NCBI RefSeq assembly: GCF_004010195.1
Contig: NC_057722.1
Location: forward strand, 55,834,436 to 55,897,962
DNA from: Chiloscyllium plagiosum
Taxonomy: Eukaryota
Length of the DNA: 63,527 bases
Reading direction: 5' to 3'
The notes under the pieces are model-generated. The model was given only the letters and a program-made list of their open reading frames with translations, was not told the origin of the DNA and ran no database searches. This document shows, one piece after another, positions 51,258 through 63,247 of the stretch; the first letter of the stretch is position 1; each line of letters starts with the position of its first letter. A program made the position numbers and the translations under genes.

Positions 51258-52183
51258 CTGAATCAGAAAACTTTCTTGTATACACTTTACAAATTCCTCT
51301 CCATCTAAACCCTTAACTCTATGGCAGTCCCAGTCTATGTTTGGAAAGTTAAAATTCACTACCATTTAAAATTAAAAAGTTAAAATCCTCTATTATTCTT
51401 ACAGATAACTGACATCTCCTTACATATTTCTCAATTTCCTGCTGACTATTGGGGGCAGGGGGGGTGTCTATGGTACGATCCCAATAAGGTGATCATTCCT
51501 TTCTTATTTCTCAGTTGCACACAAATAACTTCTCTAAACGTATTCTCAGGACTATCATCCCTAAGTACAGCCATAAATCCCATGTCAAAAAATCCACTTC
51601 CCCTTCTTGTTTGCACCCCCCTTTCTAAAGCATTTGTTTGGCCACTTCGGAATATTGTGTGCAATTTTGGTCCTCCTCCAACAGGAAAGATGTTGTGAAA
51701 CTTGAAAGAGTTCAGAAAAGAATCACAAGGATGTTGCCAGGGTTGGAGGGCTTCAGTTTAGGGAGAGGCTGACTAGCTGGGGCTGTTTTCCATAGAGCAT
51801 TGGAGGTTGAGGGGTTACCTTATAGAGGTTTGTAATATCGAGGGTCATGGATAGGTAGGCAAGGTCTTCTCCCTGGGGTACAGGGAGTCCAGAACTAGAG
51901 GGCGTAGATTTAGGTTGAGAGGGGAAAGATTTAAAAAGGACCGAAAGGGCAACTTTTTCACGCAAAAGGTAGTGCATGTATGGAATGAACTGCCAGAAGA
52001 ACTGGTGAAGTCTGGTACAATTACAACATTTAAACGGCTTCTGGATGGATATATGAATAGGAAGAGTTTAGAGGGGCATGGGCCAAGTGCTGGCAAATGG
52101 GGCTAGATTGATTTCAGATATCTGGTTGGCATGGACAAGTTGAACCGAAGGGTGTGTTTCCATACTGTACATCTCTATGACTT
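51258..52183. mobile_element. CR1 fragments: minus-strand endonuclease piece joined to a plus-strand 3' end
   Basis: NFNFPNIDW on - (about 51258-51625); FFTQKVVHVWNELP and tail CTCTATGACT on + (about 51635-52183). Confidence 0.75.
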
Positions 52184-52210
52184 TAATTTCTGTTCACCCA
52201 TCAGATCTCA

Positions 52211-52506
52211 GGGGCGGCACAATGGCTAGCACTGCTGTCTCACAGCACCAGGGTCCCAGGTTCCATTCCAGCCTCGGGTGATGGTCTGTGTGGAGTTTGC
52301 ACATTCTCCCTGTGTCTGTGTGGGTTTCCCCCAGGCGCTCTGGTTTCCTCCCACAGTCCAAAGATGTGCAAGTGAATTGGTCATGCTAAATTACCCATAT
52401 GTTAGGTGCATTAGTCAGAGGGGAAATGGGTTTGGGTGGGTTACTCTTTGGAGGGTCAGTGTGGGCTGAAGGGCCTGTTTCCACACTGTAGGGAATCTAA
52501 TCTAAA
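52211..52506 (+). mobile_element. HE1/V-SINE
   Basis: GGGGCGGCAC head, V-domain, ATCTAATCTAA tail. Confidence 0.85.
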
Positions 52507-52884
52507 TCTATACTCATTGCTCCCAGTATAGCTCAATATAAATATTATCATTATTATTTTTAAATGTTGGAATCAGTTTATTCAGTTGACCAGAATGTGA
52601 CGTAGAATTGCACCAACAACACACGTTCAATCCCCTACCAGTTTTAGTGCCACTGAGAGACTTGCATCTGTGCCTCACTCATGTTTGATGTGGAATGGTG
52701 CTCTTCAAGTTATACAGTCACATTTTCTCTCTCTATTTTCTATTCATCCTGTTCCCAAATGTTATTACACAGCTTTGGAACAGGTGGGATTTCAACTTGA
52801 GTCTCCTGACTAAGAGTCAGGGACGCCACCACTGTGCCACAGCAGTCTCTATGTCTCTCACTAAGAAGGGCATCCAACCACTTA

Positions 52885-53046
52885 AATAAAAACTGTGGAT
52901 GCCAGAAACCAGTGACAAAAATAAAAATTGCTGAAATAACTCAACAGATCTGGCAGCACCTGCAGAAAGCAAACAAGAGTTAATATTTCAGATCCAGTGA
53001 CCCTTCCAGGCCTGCTTAGTTATTGCAACAAATTCTGTTTTTGCAT
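52885..53046. mobile_element. Family C imperfect-palindrome element
   Basis: AAAACTGTGGATGC...AAATTGCTGAAATAACTCAACAGATCTGGCAGCA with a partial mirrored arm; related to 54345-54552 and 30920-31000. Confidence 0.5.
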
Positions 53047-53056
53047 CTATGGTTCC

Positions 53057-53430
53057 TAAATTAATCTCGTCCCATTTGCCAGCACTTGGTCCATATCCCT
53101 CCAAACCTTTCCTATTCACAGCCATCCAGATGCCTTTTAATTGCTGTACTTGTACCAGCCTCCACCACGTCCTGTAACCGCATATTCCATACACACACCA
53201 CCCTTTGCGTGAAAATGTGGCCCCTTTGAAATCTTTCGCCTTTCACGTTAAACCTATGCCCTCTAGTTCTAAACTCCCTCCACCCCAGGGAAAAGACCTT
53301 GCCTATTTATCCCAACCATGGCCCTTATGGTTTTATAAACCTCTAAAAGGTCAGCCCTCAGTCTCCATGCTCCAGGGAAACCAGCCCCCTGCCTATTCAG
53401 GCTCTCCCTGTAGCTCAAACCCTCCAGCCC
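53057..53430 (-). mobile_element. CR1 3' fragment
   Basis: Reverse complement of the CR1 3' region (LEGYGPSAGKWD). Confidence 0.8.
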
Positions 53431-53845
53431 ATTCTCGGCTCAATGCCCTCTCCACGTTACAGAAGCACCCAGTCGAGAGCCCTCTCCAGAGCGGACAGGG
53501 AAACTGACCACGTGTTGTTCAGGAGTGGGTGGTGGAGGGGTGGGGCGGGGCAGGGGCGACGGTTACACTCCGTCAGCAAGAGACTGTTACCTGGACAAGG
53601 CCGTACGGTAACCGGAAGTATCTCGCGCTGATATGTTCAAATTCGGAGCCTTTGATTGGTTACAAGCGGTGGCGTTCTCACGGTGACAGCTGACGTTTCC
53701 GATGTTTTAAAGGCGCAGGGGCGCGTTCGGTCAGCGAGGAAAGTTTTATTTCCAGCCGACAATAAATATTTGATCATAACCAACGATCTTTTGCATCGCG
53801 GTCGGTATCCGTGCTTGGTTCACTCAGCTCGACAGTCGTAGTCTG
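53430..53845 (-). promoter_or_regulatory. CpG-rich promoter and probable non-coding first exon of PIGZ copy B
   Basis: CpG enrichment, ETS site CCGGAAGT (about 53612-53619), CCAAT on - (53655-53659), GC boxes 53541-53558, minus-strand donor CAG|GTAACA at 53591/53590. Confidence 0.65.
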
Positions 53846-54344
53846 ATTTACACTTTCAAGAGAAATTAAGGTGGTTTAGTCATCTGTTTTGTTTTAAAGA
53901 AAACCTACAATTAACCTTGTTTGTTGGTAGTCACTTTTTGGCAAATTATTCTGATCGGGGAGACTCAGTTGGGGGATAGAGCTCTCAAAAGGTCTGGGAA
54001 AAGTAACAGAAACAGGGAAGGTAATAGAAACCGTTAAAGAGTTGAAAATGAGAATTTGAATTTCGGAGTTTGTTTAACTAGGAGCCATCCTCAGTTAAGG
54101 GTGATTCGTGAATGCGGATTTCATTATCTTCATAAAGATAAATACAAGTGAAACATTAAAATTACATACACAAGCTGAAATTGCTGCAGAAACTCACACT
54201 GCTGTGTGAAAACTGACAAATCATTCCGGGAGCAATCCCATTTCAGTGTTTCATGGGCTGTTACATGCACTCAGATCTCCTGAGATCTTGTGCCAGTGTG
54301 TGATTTTATTTTTTTTTATTTTTAAATAAAAACTAACTACTGTG

Positions 54345-54552
54345 GATAAAAACCGAAAGATCTGCGGATGCTATAAATCAAACACTACCAGAAATTGTCT
54401 GGCAGCATCAGTGGAGTGAAAGCAGAGGAGTTCTGAAGGAATCAGTGTATCCTGACCCCACTTTCTCTCCAGGGTGCTGCCAGACCTGTTGAGTTTTTCT
54501 AGCAATTTCTGTTTTATTTCTCCTTCCAAGCATCCACAGTTCTTTGTTTTTT
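54345..54552. mobile_element. Family C imperfect-palindrome element, followed by an isolated CR1 3' tail (about 54567-54655)
   Basis: AAAGATCTGCGGATGCT...TCTGGCAGCA mirrored by TGCTGCCAGA...AGCATCCACAGTTCTTT; central TTCTGAAGGA. Confidence 0.65.
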
Positions 54553-55114
54553 CCATTAAAATTACATGGGACGAGATTGAGTTGGGATATCTGGTCGGCA
54601 TGGATGGGTTGGACCGAAGGGTCTGCTTCCATGCTGTATATCTCTATGACTCTATCTCAGGAGGTCTGAATGCATTTAACAGCCAATGAAGCGTTGAATT
54701 GCAGTTACTGCATGAGGAATTTGCCAGTTTTCATACAGCAAGCTCCCACATACCATAATATGATAATGACCGGATCATTTGTTTTCATGGTAATTGAAAA
54801 TAAATAATAACTTTGCAGAACACCAAAACAGTAATCTGTTAAATACACTGAGTGCCATACAGGCAAGGCCTCAGTTTAACATCTCACCCAAAGGGCAACT
54901 GTTACACTCATCTGTTACAGCCCTTTGATGTCAATACATTTGGTAAAATGTGAAATTGTCCATTTTAGCAGGAAAGATTTTTTAAAAATGTTATTAAATG
55001 ATGAGATATTTTAGAGGTACAAACGCAGAGGGATCTGGTTGGTCTTGTACATGAGTTGTAAAACTTAATGCAGTTACAGCAGGAATTGGGAAAGCTAACT
55101 ATACCAGATCCTAA

Positions 55115-56200
55115 CTCCCAGCCCTGCTGAGTTTTTACCATTCCCCCAGATTTCCCTCTCGCTGACGGTGAATGGTCAGTCCTCAGTAAAGGTCTCACCT
55201 TCATCCCACTACATTCCCAGGTCAATAAATTCCAAACACGTTGCAACATCAAACTTTCCTTCCCCCTTCCTGCTTACTTTTTCCATTGGAACTCTCACCC
55301 ACCTTCCGAGAACCCCTTTTCCTGCCTCTAACACACTCCATCCACTTGGACACCCCAAGCTGGTCTGTTACCTCCCCTCAACCTCTTTATCTTCAACTGC
55401 CACCGTGACATTGACCACCTCAACCTGTCAACCCCTCTCACCTACTCCAACCTCTTCTCCTCACAAGATGCAGCTCCTCCCCCAACTCCAACCCTAAACT
55501 CACCACTAAACCAGCCAACAGGTTGGGGTGCGCAGTGGTAGTTTGGTGCAACAACCTCTACACCGCTGAAGCCAGGCGCCAACTCACGGACACCTGCTGC
55601 GACTGTCCCCATGACCATGACCCCAATTCCCATCACCAAACCATCATCTCCAAGACAATCCATAACCTCGTCACCTCAGTTGATTTCCCATCCACAGCCT
55701 CTGACTTCATTGTCCCGGAACACTGCACTGCCTAGTTCTACCTTTCACCCAAAATTGACAAATCTGACTTCCCTGGTCGATACATCATTTCCACCTGTTC
55801 CTGCCTCACCGAACATATCACCTAATATCATTACACCGTCCTGGATTCCTTGGTCCAGGAAGTCCCACATACATTCCGGACAGTATCTACACCCTTCATC
55901 TCACCCATGGCTTTTGTTTCCCCTGCCCATAGTGCCTCACCTTTACCATGGACATCCAGTCCCTGTACACTTCCTTCTGCCATGGTAAAGGCCTTCAAGC
56001 CCTCTGTTTCCTCCTCTCCCGCTGATCCAATCAATATCCCTCCATTGTCACACTCATTCGATTGGCAGAACTGGTCATCACCCTCAACAACTTTTCCTTC
56101 AAAATTTCTCAATATTCCTGATGAAGGGCTAATGCCCGAAATGTTGATTCTCCTGCTCCTCAAATGCTGCCTGATCTGCTGTGCTTTTCTATGACTGCAC
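55115..56200 (+). mobile_element. Penelope-like (probably Neptune-type) RT remnant ending in a family A terminal repeat
   Basis: SVLSKGLTFIP, FY..PKIDKSDFPGRYII and FTMDIQSLYT remnants, followed directly by ATTCCTGATGAAGGGCTAATGCCCGAAATGTTGATTCTCCTGCTCC at 56114. Confidence 0.8.
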
Positions 56201-56307
56201 TTTTCGGCTCATTTATCACCAAGGGAATTAAATATAAAAATAGGAAAGTTGTGCTTCAGTTATGCAGAGTTATGCAAGACTACACCTGTGCATGGCATTT
56301 TGTCACT

Positions 56308-57950
56308 TAGAGTTATAGAGTCACAGAGATGTACAGCATGGAAACAGACCCTTCGGTCCAACCCATCCATGCCGACCAGATATCCCAACCCAATCTAGTC
56401 CCACCTACCAGCACCTGGCCCATATCCGTCCAAACCCTTCCTACTCTTATACCCATTTAAATGTTGCAATTGTACCAGCCTCCTTCACTTCCTCTGGCAG
56501 CTCATTCCATACACGTACCACCCTCTGCATGAAAAAGTTGCCCCTTAGGTCCCTTTTATATTTTTCCCCTCTAACCCTAAACCTATGCCTTCTAGTTCTG
56601 GAGTCCCCAACCACAGGGAAAAGACTTTGTCTATTTATCCTATCCATGCCCCTCATAATTTTGTAAGCCTCTATCAGGTCACCCCTTTGCCTCCGACACT
56701 CCAGGAAAAACAGCCCCAGCCTGTTCAACCTCTCCCCATAGCTCAAATCCTCCAACCCTGGCAACATCCTTCTAAATCTTTTCTGAACACTTTCACGTTT
56801 CACAACATCTTTCCGATAGGAAGGAGCCCAGAGTTGCATGCAGTATTCCAACAGTGGCCGAACCAATATTCTGTACAGCCACAACATGACCTCCCAACTC
56901 CTGTACTCAATACTCTGACCAATAAAAAAAACATACCAAATGCCTTCTCCACTATCCTATCTACCTGCGACTCCACTTTCAAGGAGCTATGAACTTTCAC
57001 TTGAAGATCTCTTTGTTCAGCAACATTCTCAGGGACCTTACCATTAAATGTATAAGTCTTGCTAAGATTTGCTTCCCCAAAATGGAGCACCTCACATTTA
57101 TCTGAATTAAACTCCATCTGCCACTTCTTAGCCCATTGGCCCATCTGGAAGGATGAAAAGTAGTGGAACCAGCATTGATCCTTGTGGCACTCCAGTCTGA
57201 AAAACAACTGTCCACCACCACCCTCTGTCTTCTACCTTTGAGCCAGTTCTATATCCAAATGGCGAGTTCTCCCTGTATTCTGTGAGATCTAACCTTGCTA
57301 ACCAGTCGCCCATGGGGAACCTTGTCGAAAGCCTTATTGAACTCCATGTAGGTCATATCTACCATTCTGCCCTCATCAATCCTTTTTGTTACTTTAGATT
57401 AGATTACTTACAGTGTGGAAACAGGCCCTTCAGCCCAACAAGTTCACACCGACCTGTCGAAGCGCAACCCACCCAGACCCCTACATTTACCCCTTCACCT
57501 AACACTACGGGCAATTTAGCATGGCCAATTCACCTAACCTGCACATTTTTGGACTGTGGGAGGAAACCAGAGCACCCAGAGGAAACCCACAGACACGGGG
57601 AGAATGTGCAAACTCCACACAGACAGTCGCCTGAAGCGGGAATTGAACCCGGGTCTCTGGCGCTGTGAGGCAGCAGTGCTAACCACTGTGCCACCGTGCC
57701 GCCCACTTCTTGAAAAACTCAATCAAGTTTATGAGACATGATTTCCCACGCATAAAGCCGTGCTGACTATCCCTATTCAGTCCTTGCCTTTCCAAGTACA
57801 TGTACATCCTGTCCCTCAGGATTCCCTCCAACAACTTGCCCACCACCGACGTCAGGCTCACTGGTCTATAGTTCCCTGGCTTGTCCTTACTACTCTTCCT
57901 AAAGAGTGGCACCACGTTGGCCAACCTCCAGTCTCCCGGCACCTCACCCT
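56308..57950 (-). mobile_element. CR1 RT/3' region with nested full-length HE1/V-SINE (57394-57704, -)
   Basis: NYRPVSLTSVVGK, GVPQGS, RPLLEYC and tail CTCTGTGACTCTAT on -; the SINE interrupts the FFKK|VT region. Confidence 0.88.
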
Positions 57951-58046
57951 CATTTAAGTAAGGATGTAAATGCATTGGAAGTGGTTAAGAGAATGTTTAC
58001 TAGACTATTATCTGGAATAGACAGATTGTCTAATGGAAAATTTGGA

Positions 58047-58546
58047 NNNNNNNNNNNNNNNNNNNNNNNNNNNNNNNNNNNNNNNNNNNNNNNNNNNNNN
58101 NNNNNNNNNNNNNNNNNNNNNNNNNNNNNNNNNNNNNNNNNNNNNNNNNNNNNNNNNNNNNNNNNNNNNNNNNNNNNNNNNNNNNNNNNNNNNNNNNNNN
58201 NNNNNNNNNNNNNNNNNNNNNNNNNNNNNNNNNNNNNNNNNNNNNNNNNNNNNNNNNNNNNNNNNNNNNNNNNNNNNNNNNNNNNNNNNNNNNNNNNNNN
58301 NNNNNNNNNNNNNNNNNNNNNNNNNNNNNNNNNNNNNNNNNNNNNNNNNNNNNNNNNNNNNNNNNNNNNNNNNNNNNNNNNNNNNNNNNNNNNNNNNNNN
58401 NNNNNNNNNNNNNNNNNNNNNNNNNNNNNNNNNNNNNNNNNNNNNNNNNNNNNNNNNNNNNNNNNNNNNNNNNNNNNNNNNNNNNNNNNNNNNNNNNNNN
58501 NNNNNNNNNNNNNNNNNNNNNNNNNNNNNNNNNNNNNNNNNNNNNN
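58047..58546. other. Assembly gap (500 N)
   Basis: Run of exactly 500 N, typical of a fixed-size scaffolding join. Confidence 0.99.
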
Positions 58547-59633
58547 CACCGGGACCATTCCTGCGAGGATCCTCAACATTTAAGTCCTGCCGAGTAAGTA
58601 CTTTTCATCCGTTGCACTTCTCCCATAAAATCTGTGGTCAGTGCCATTCATTGCACAGTACTTGTAATCATTGGCCATAACACCTCTGTCTTATGTTTTG
58701 TAGGTACCACCAGCATGTCCACAACTTAGGTACAGAAATACCTTGCTGTCTCAGAAGCCATCTCCAAGTACCAAGGCCTCAAAGTGAGCATCAGCAAGGT
58801 GCCTTGTGTATCCCACAAGTTCAGAAACTGACACCTCAGTGGAAATGTTCTGGCAAGCATCTCGCTGTAAGAGGACTGCAGCTGGCCAAGGAGGAAATGC
58901 CCCAGGCTGCTTGCTGAAGGATTCATCTACCCCAACCTCTCCAAGTTTGGTTGCATCCATTTTCTAATTGCATTTTCCAATTTAAAGTTCCAGCAAAATG
59001 GAAGATGACATGAGTGCTGTTCAACTACTGGCTTTCAGTAACTTTCTCAACATGTCAGTGAGTCCCAAACAAGTAAGTCCTGTGAAGTTTACGGGAAGGG
59101 CTCTGTACCTCCCATGTCCTTACATAATCCATGTACATGCACCTGCACCTGCCTACCTTTGCCCACAAGGTGCCAGGCCTCCCACATCTCCTCACCATGG
59201 ACAGAACCTCATTCCACCTGAACCCTTTCTGATTCATGCTTTACTGTATACCTCCCATGCAGCTTGCATTTCCTCCTTTACATTGTCATTCAACTCCCCC
59301 CCCCACCTCCCCCTCCCATCCTTCCCCAGGCTGTAGTTCCCAGATCTTGAGATAATTTGCCAAATCTCATTCCCATGGCATAGCCCCTTCAGTTTCTGCA
59401 GACATAGTCAATGGACTGACCATTGCCTGAACCTTGAGTGATCTGACTGGACAACCTCCAACGAAAATTGCCCAGAACCAGACTCATGAATGTCCATTTC
59501 CCCAGTTGCATTACCTGTAAACCCAGACTGTCCACTGTGGCATCTCAGAACTGGCTGTGACACGCTGTCTGGATTTCAGAGTCTTGTACCCCTGACCATG
59601 TTCAACTGAGCAAATATCTGACAATGGACAACC

Positions 59634-59753
59634 CATGATGAAGGACTTTGGCCCAAAATGTTGATTCTTCTGCTCCTTGGATGCTGCCTGACCTACTCTG
59701 CTTTTCCAGCAACACACTCTCAACTCTGATCTGCAGACCTCACTTTCTCCTCC
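59634..59753 (+). mobile_element. Single-arm family A element, decayed
   Basis: ATGATGAAGGACTTTGGCCCAAAATGTTGATTCTTCTGCTCC...CAGACCTCACTTTCTCC. Confidence 0.75.
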
Positions 59754-61382
59754 TGCATAAGCTGTTGGCACATGGTGAAAGCGTGACATTGCTGGAGCAC
59801 TCTACCACACAGAAAAATGCATACCCTTGAGTGAGAACTGCTGACTAGCAAGGTATGCTGTCTGGTTGTGTTACTGCGCTAATTAGTACAGTAAGGCATA
59901 GATATTGTGAGCAGGTAGGTGCAAAGTAAATGAACATAAAGAGAGCAAACAAGTTGCCCTGAGATGGAACGTGGTTAAGTCTGTGAGCTGGGTACTTATC
60001 CTGTGCACAAAATGTCCCTACTGTGGCCTTTTAATGTGAGTTGCCAGTGCGCCCCATAATGTAAATCTGCACTTCTCGAGCACCGTGCCAGTGTATTGGA
60101 GAGTTGCCATGATGGTTAAGGGGGGTGGCAAATGAGTTTAATGCCATTGTCCACGAATGCGAGATGCATGCAGCTGATGCCATGCCCTGAGCCGCAGTTT
60201 GTTTGAATGCAACATGGAGATTGTTCAGAGTAGGTAGCAAAATGACTAAATAGGTACACACTCTGGTTTCCATGTCGAGTCTTCTCAAAATCCAGCTCAT
60301 TTGGTAAGACAGAAAACTAAATATTAGTGAGGTGACTTGGGTTATCAACAAGCTATTTAACAAACAGTAATCCCCTTTAATCATCAACTCATGCTGCCTA
60401 GTGAGGATCTCATCATGCCACTTGTGAGAAGCATAAAAATGGAGTGAGATGCTCCCAAAGTTGATATGAGACTCACCGGACATTTCGATTGATTCTGCCA
60501 GAAATCTTGCCATCATCCTTATTGTTCAGACTCCTATAAGATGTGCAGTTTTTCTCTGAAGGTGATACTACTTTCCCTAAGAAAGATGGCACTGTCATAG
60601 GCTTGAAGCAGGGTTCCCTATAGAGTGTCAGTATTTGCTGTGGTCTCCAATGGTTGCAGGTGATTCGTAGCATAAAGTAATGAAACACTTTTGCTTTCAG
60701 TAAGAAATGTTAGGAAAAAAAAATTCTTGTTTTGTGAAATAACAGAAACCAGAAAGATGCAGGTCTGTAATTCCATTATCATAACCTTAAATATAGCAGT
60801 GAAGCACTGCTAATAACAAACATCTTTTGACATATGATGCCTTCAACTTCTTATAGCACACTTTTAAAATTTAAGTAAAAGTTTGCAACTACTTTTTTAT
60901 GAAATGATTCTTCTTTCTGCAGTCTTAATCCCTTTTTTGAAACATTCTGCAAAATTTTTATAATACAACTTTTGACTCGAGTACAAGTGACAATATTAAA
61001 CAAATTAAATCTAAATCTAACAAGAATTTGATTTTTTTCCTACTTTCCTACTTTTTGTTTTTACATTCACAACCTAAAATTACGGCGAACTATGTCATTG
61101 CTTCTTTAAAAAAATCTGTGAAACACAAAGTCTACAGTGTACCAGGATATGAAAGAGGCGTTATGATCCCGGTGCCCAGATATGTTTAGCTTCATTTTAT
61201 ACGCAGTTTGCTTTTGAACTAGGTCTTTGGGCGATATCCATAAATTGGAATAATCGCGGAGAAAAAGAAAGAACAAAATTGCACAATTAGAGCGATAAAA
61301 TAACTACTTTGAAGGACATTTTGCAACTTGCAGTATGACTTGGGGAAAGTCCGATTCTTAACTGCAGCGGCTGCCGTACTGT

Positions 61383-61423
61383 CATAATCATTAACTTGAC
61401 CAAAGGAACTTGGAAGGTATAAA
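61383..61423 (+). promoter_or_regulatory. Candidate tissue-specific core promoter (HNF1-like site + TATA)
   Basis: CATAATCATTAAC at 61383-61395 (close to the HNF1 palindrome GTTAATNATTAAC) and TATAAA at 61418-61423, about 60 nt upstream of a Kozak ATG. Confidence 0.5.
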
Positions 61424-61484
61424 CAGAGCAGAAGAATTCAAGGTGATGGTGAACGTTTCAGCCGTTTTCCAAACGGAACGCACC

Positions 61485-61539
61485 ATGCGGGGTCCCGCTC
61501 TATGGGCTGTGTGCGTTTTAGTCGGCATCTTCAATTTGG
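61485..61539 (+). CDS. MELTF: Signal-peptide exon 1 of a secreted/GPI-anchored protein, probably melanotransferrin
   Basis: GCACCATG Kozak; MRGPALWAVCVLVGIFNL+G, phase 1, followed by GCAAGT (GC donor). Resembles the human MELTF start MRGPSGALWLL, and MELTF neighbours PIGZ in human. Exon 2 was not found in the window. Confidence 0.55.
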
Positions 61540-63247
61540 GCAAGTACAAAAAAGTCTTTCAGTTTGAGGCAAACTTTAGGTTGTAATCTGAGTCTGGCAA
61601 GAAAGGTTGATAATGTTCAGTCTGTTTGGAGAAGGGATGCGTGACCGAATTCAAGTCGATGGTGTCAAAATAATTCGAACCAAAATGTTTTGAGGCAGCT
61701 TATGTGTTTTTAAATGTAATGACAAGTGGAAGTATTAGTGAGTACCTATCATGTGAATTGTGAAGAACTTGTACTGCTGAACCTTGCATTGCATGTATTT
61801 TCAATTTTAGACTGGTGTTGCTCGGGAGCACTGCATATTCAGGAGGAGAACTGGAGTAAATCAACATTCTGAGAACCTGCAACAGAAGGGGAAAAAAACA
61901 CAAATCAATCGGGCGAGTTTTCGCGATATTGCCAGGGATTCGGACACAGACTCGCGACTATATTGGCAGACATTGACTCATTCTACATCTAAATATCAAG
62001 GCGTACCACACATAATCCACCAACTCCTCTAAAGGAGTCTTATTACACCATGAATATGACACGAGTAATTTGGGCAAATAGCCATCAATATTGTTAACCC
62101 AAATCTTATTACTTGACAAACTAGAATCCAAACTATCACTAAACTACTTAAGACCCCACACCCACCCCATCTACACAAAAAATTCACAGTGACCAGCCAT
62201 TAAGAAATTCCAGGCTGGAATCTTGGCACTGAAGCATCAAGCACAAAAAAAAATGTTTTCTAAAAACCATCCTAGGTTTGAGCCTTCAAAATTCCACAAA
62301 ATGATGCACTGCTGCCTGCTACTGTTAGATTTTGATTGATTCAAAATAAACCCAAATTTAATTTTAATTTGTTTAAATTTCAATGTAGATTTCAAGGGAG
62401 GTTCAGTGGAAATGAACATTAGACAATCAGTATAACTGACAATGGCAGTTTCCTGTCTATGCAATGGCAGTATGCTCTCTTTCACAATCTGTGGGGAGGC
62501 CGACTCAGAGGATACTCTCCATGTCTTTGCTGGCCAGTTTTTGGAGATTTGCATCAATACTGTATTATAATTCAGCACCTGTCCTTTTCCCTTTATGTAA
62601 GAAGAAACATCCATCCACTCTTTTGCCTTTCTGTATGGATTTTAGAAGATTTGTGCTTACTTTGTGAAGAATCAATGGAGATACCATATACCTAAAATCT
62701 CAAGATATTAAAGGGCAATGGATGGGACAGGAAAAGAATGGATTGTGTAGAGTAACGTTAACCTATGGAAATGTAACACATTCGTACAAAATTATTTTGT
62801 GTTTCTAAAAAGGAAGCACCTTCCAAATAAACAAGTTCATACCTCTGCTAAAAATTGGAGGCAAAAGAATTTTGTACAAATATGTTGACTGCTCAGACAC
62901 AAATAAAGCACAATGCAATTCAATTAATTATTTTTCAAAAAATGAACAGGTTACATTTTATGCAAGTATTGCCAGGGACATGTATCCTGGATCAATTCCT
63001 TTGACAGTTTAATTTAATGGATTGTTTCTGTGACCTTAGTTATGTGAATAAGTTATTCCATGTGGAAATAATAGATAGTGAATATTCAACATAACTCAGA
63101 ATTGGAAGGAGGTCTGATAATCAGAAAATGGTTAGCTCTCTATGAAGGATTAATTCAACCGAGTAGAACATTGAGATTAGTGGTTACGCAATTCTCTTTG
63201 TTCAATTTTATTTTTACCTGGAGAACATCATATGAATGCTTGGCTTA

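Noticed and set aside
57906-58680. Long ORFs of 209-225 aa in the ORF track
   Set aside because: Artefacts of translating through the 500-N gap.
58547-60200. Possible degraded Harbinger-type element after the gap
   Set aside because: Only a vague resemblance; I could not identify termini or catalytic motifs, so it is not listed as a feature.
46336-61539. Functional clustering of a GPI-biosynthesis enzyme with a GPI-anchored protein gene
   Set aside because: Adjacency is explained by inherited synteny; nothing in the sequence indicates co-regulation, and a gap separates them.
61700-61903. Minus-strand acceptor-like site (TTTTCCCCTTCTGTTGCAG) considered as a MELTF terminal exon co-oriented with PIGZ
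   Set aside because: No frame gives a recognisable transferrin C-terminus or convincing GPI signal; the plus-strand leader exon at 61485 is better supported.
62380-62695. Short Cys/Trp-rich plus-strand ORFs after a possible acceptor, considered as MELTF exon 2
   Set aside because: All frames hit early stops after the acceptor and none shows the transferrin VRWC-like motif.
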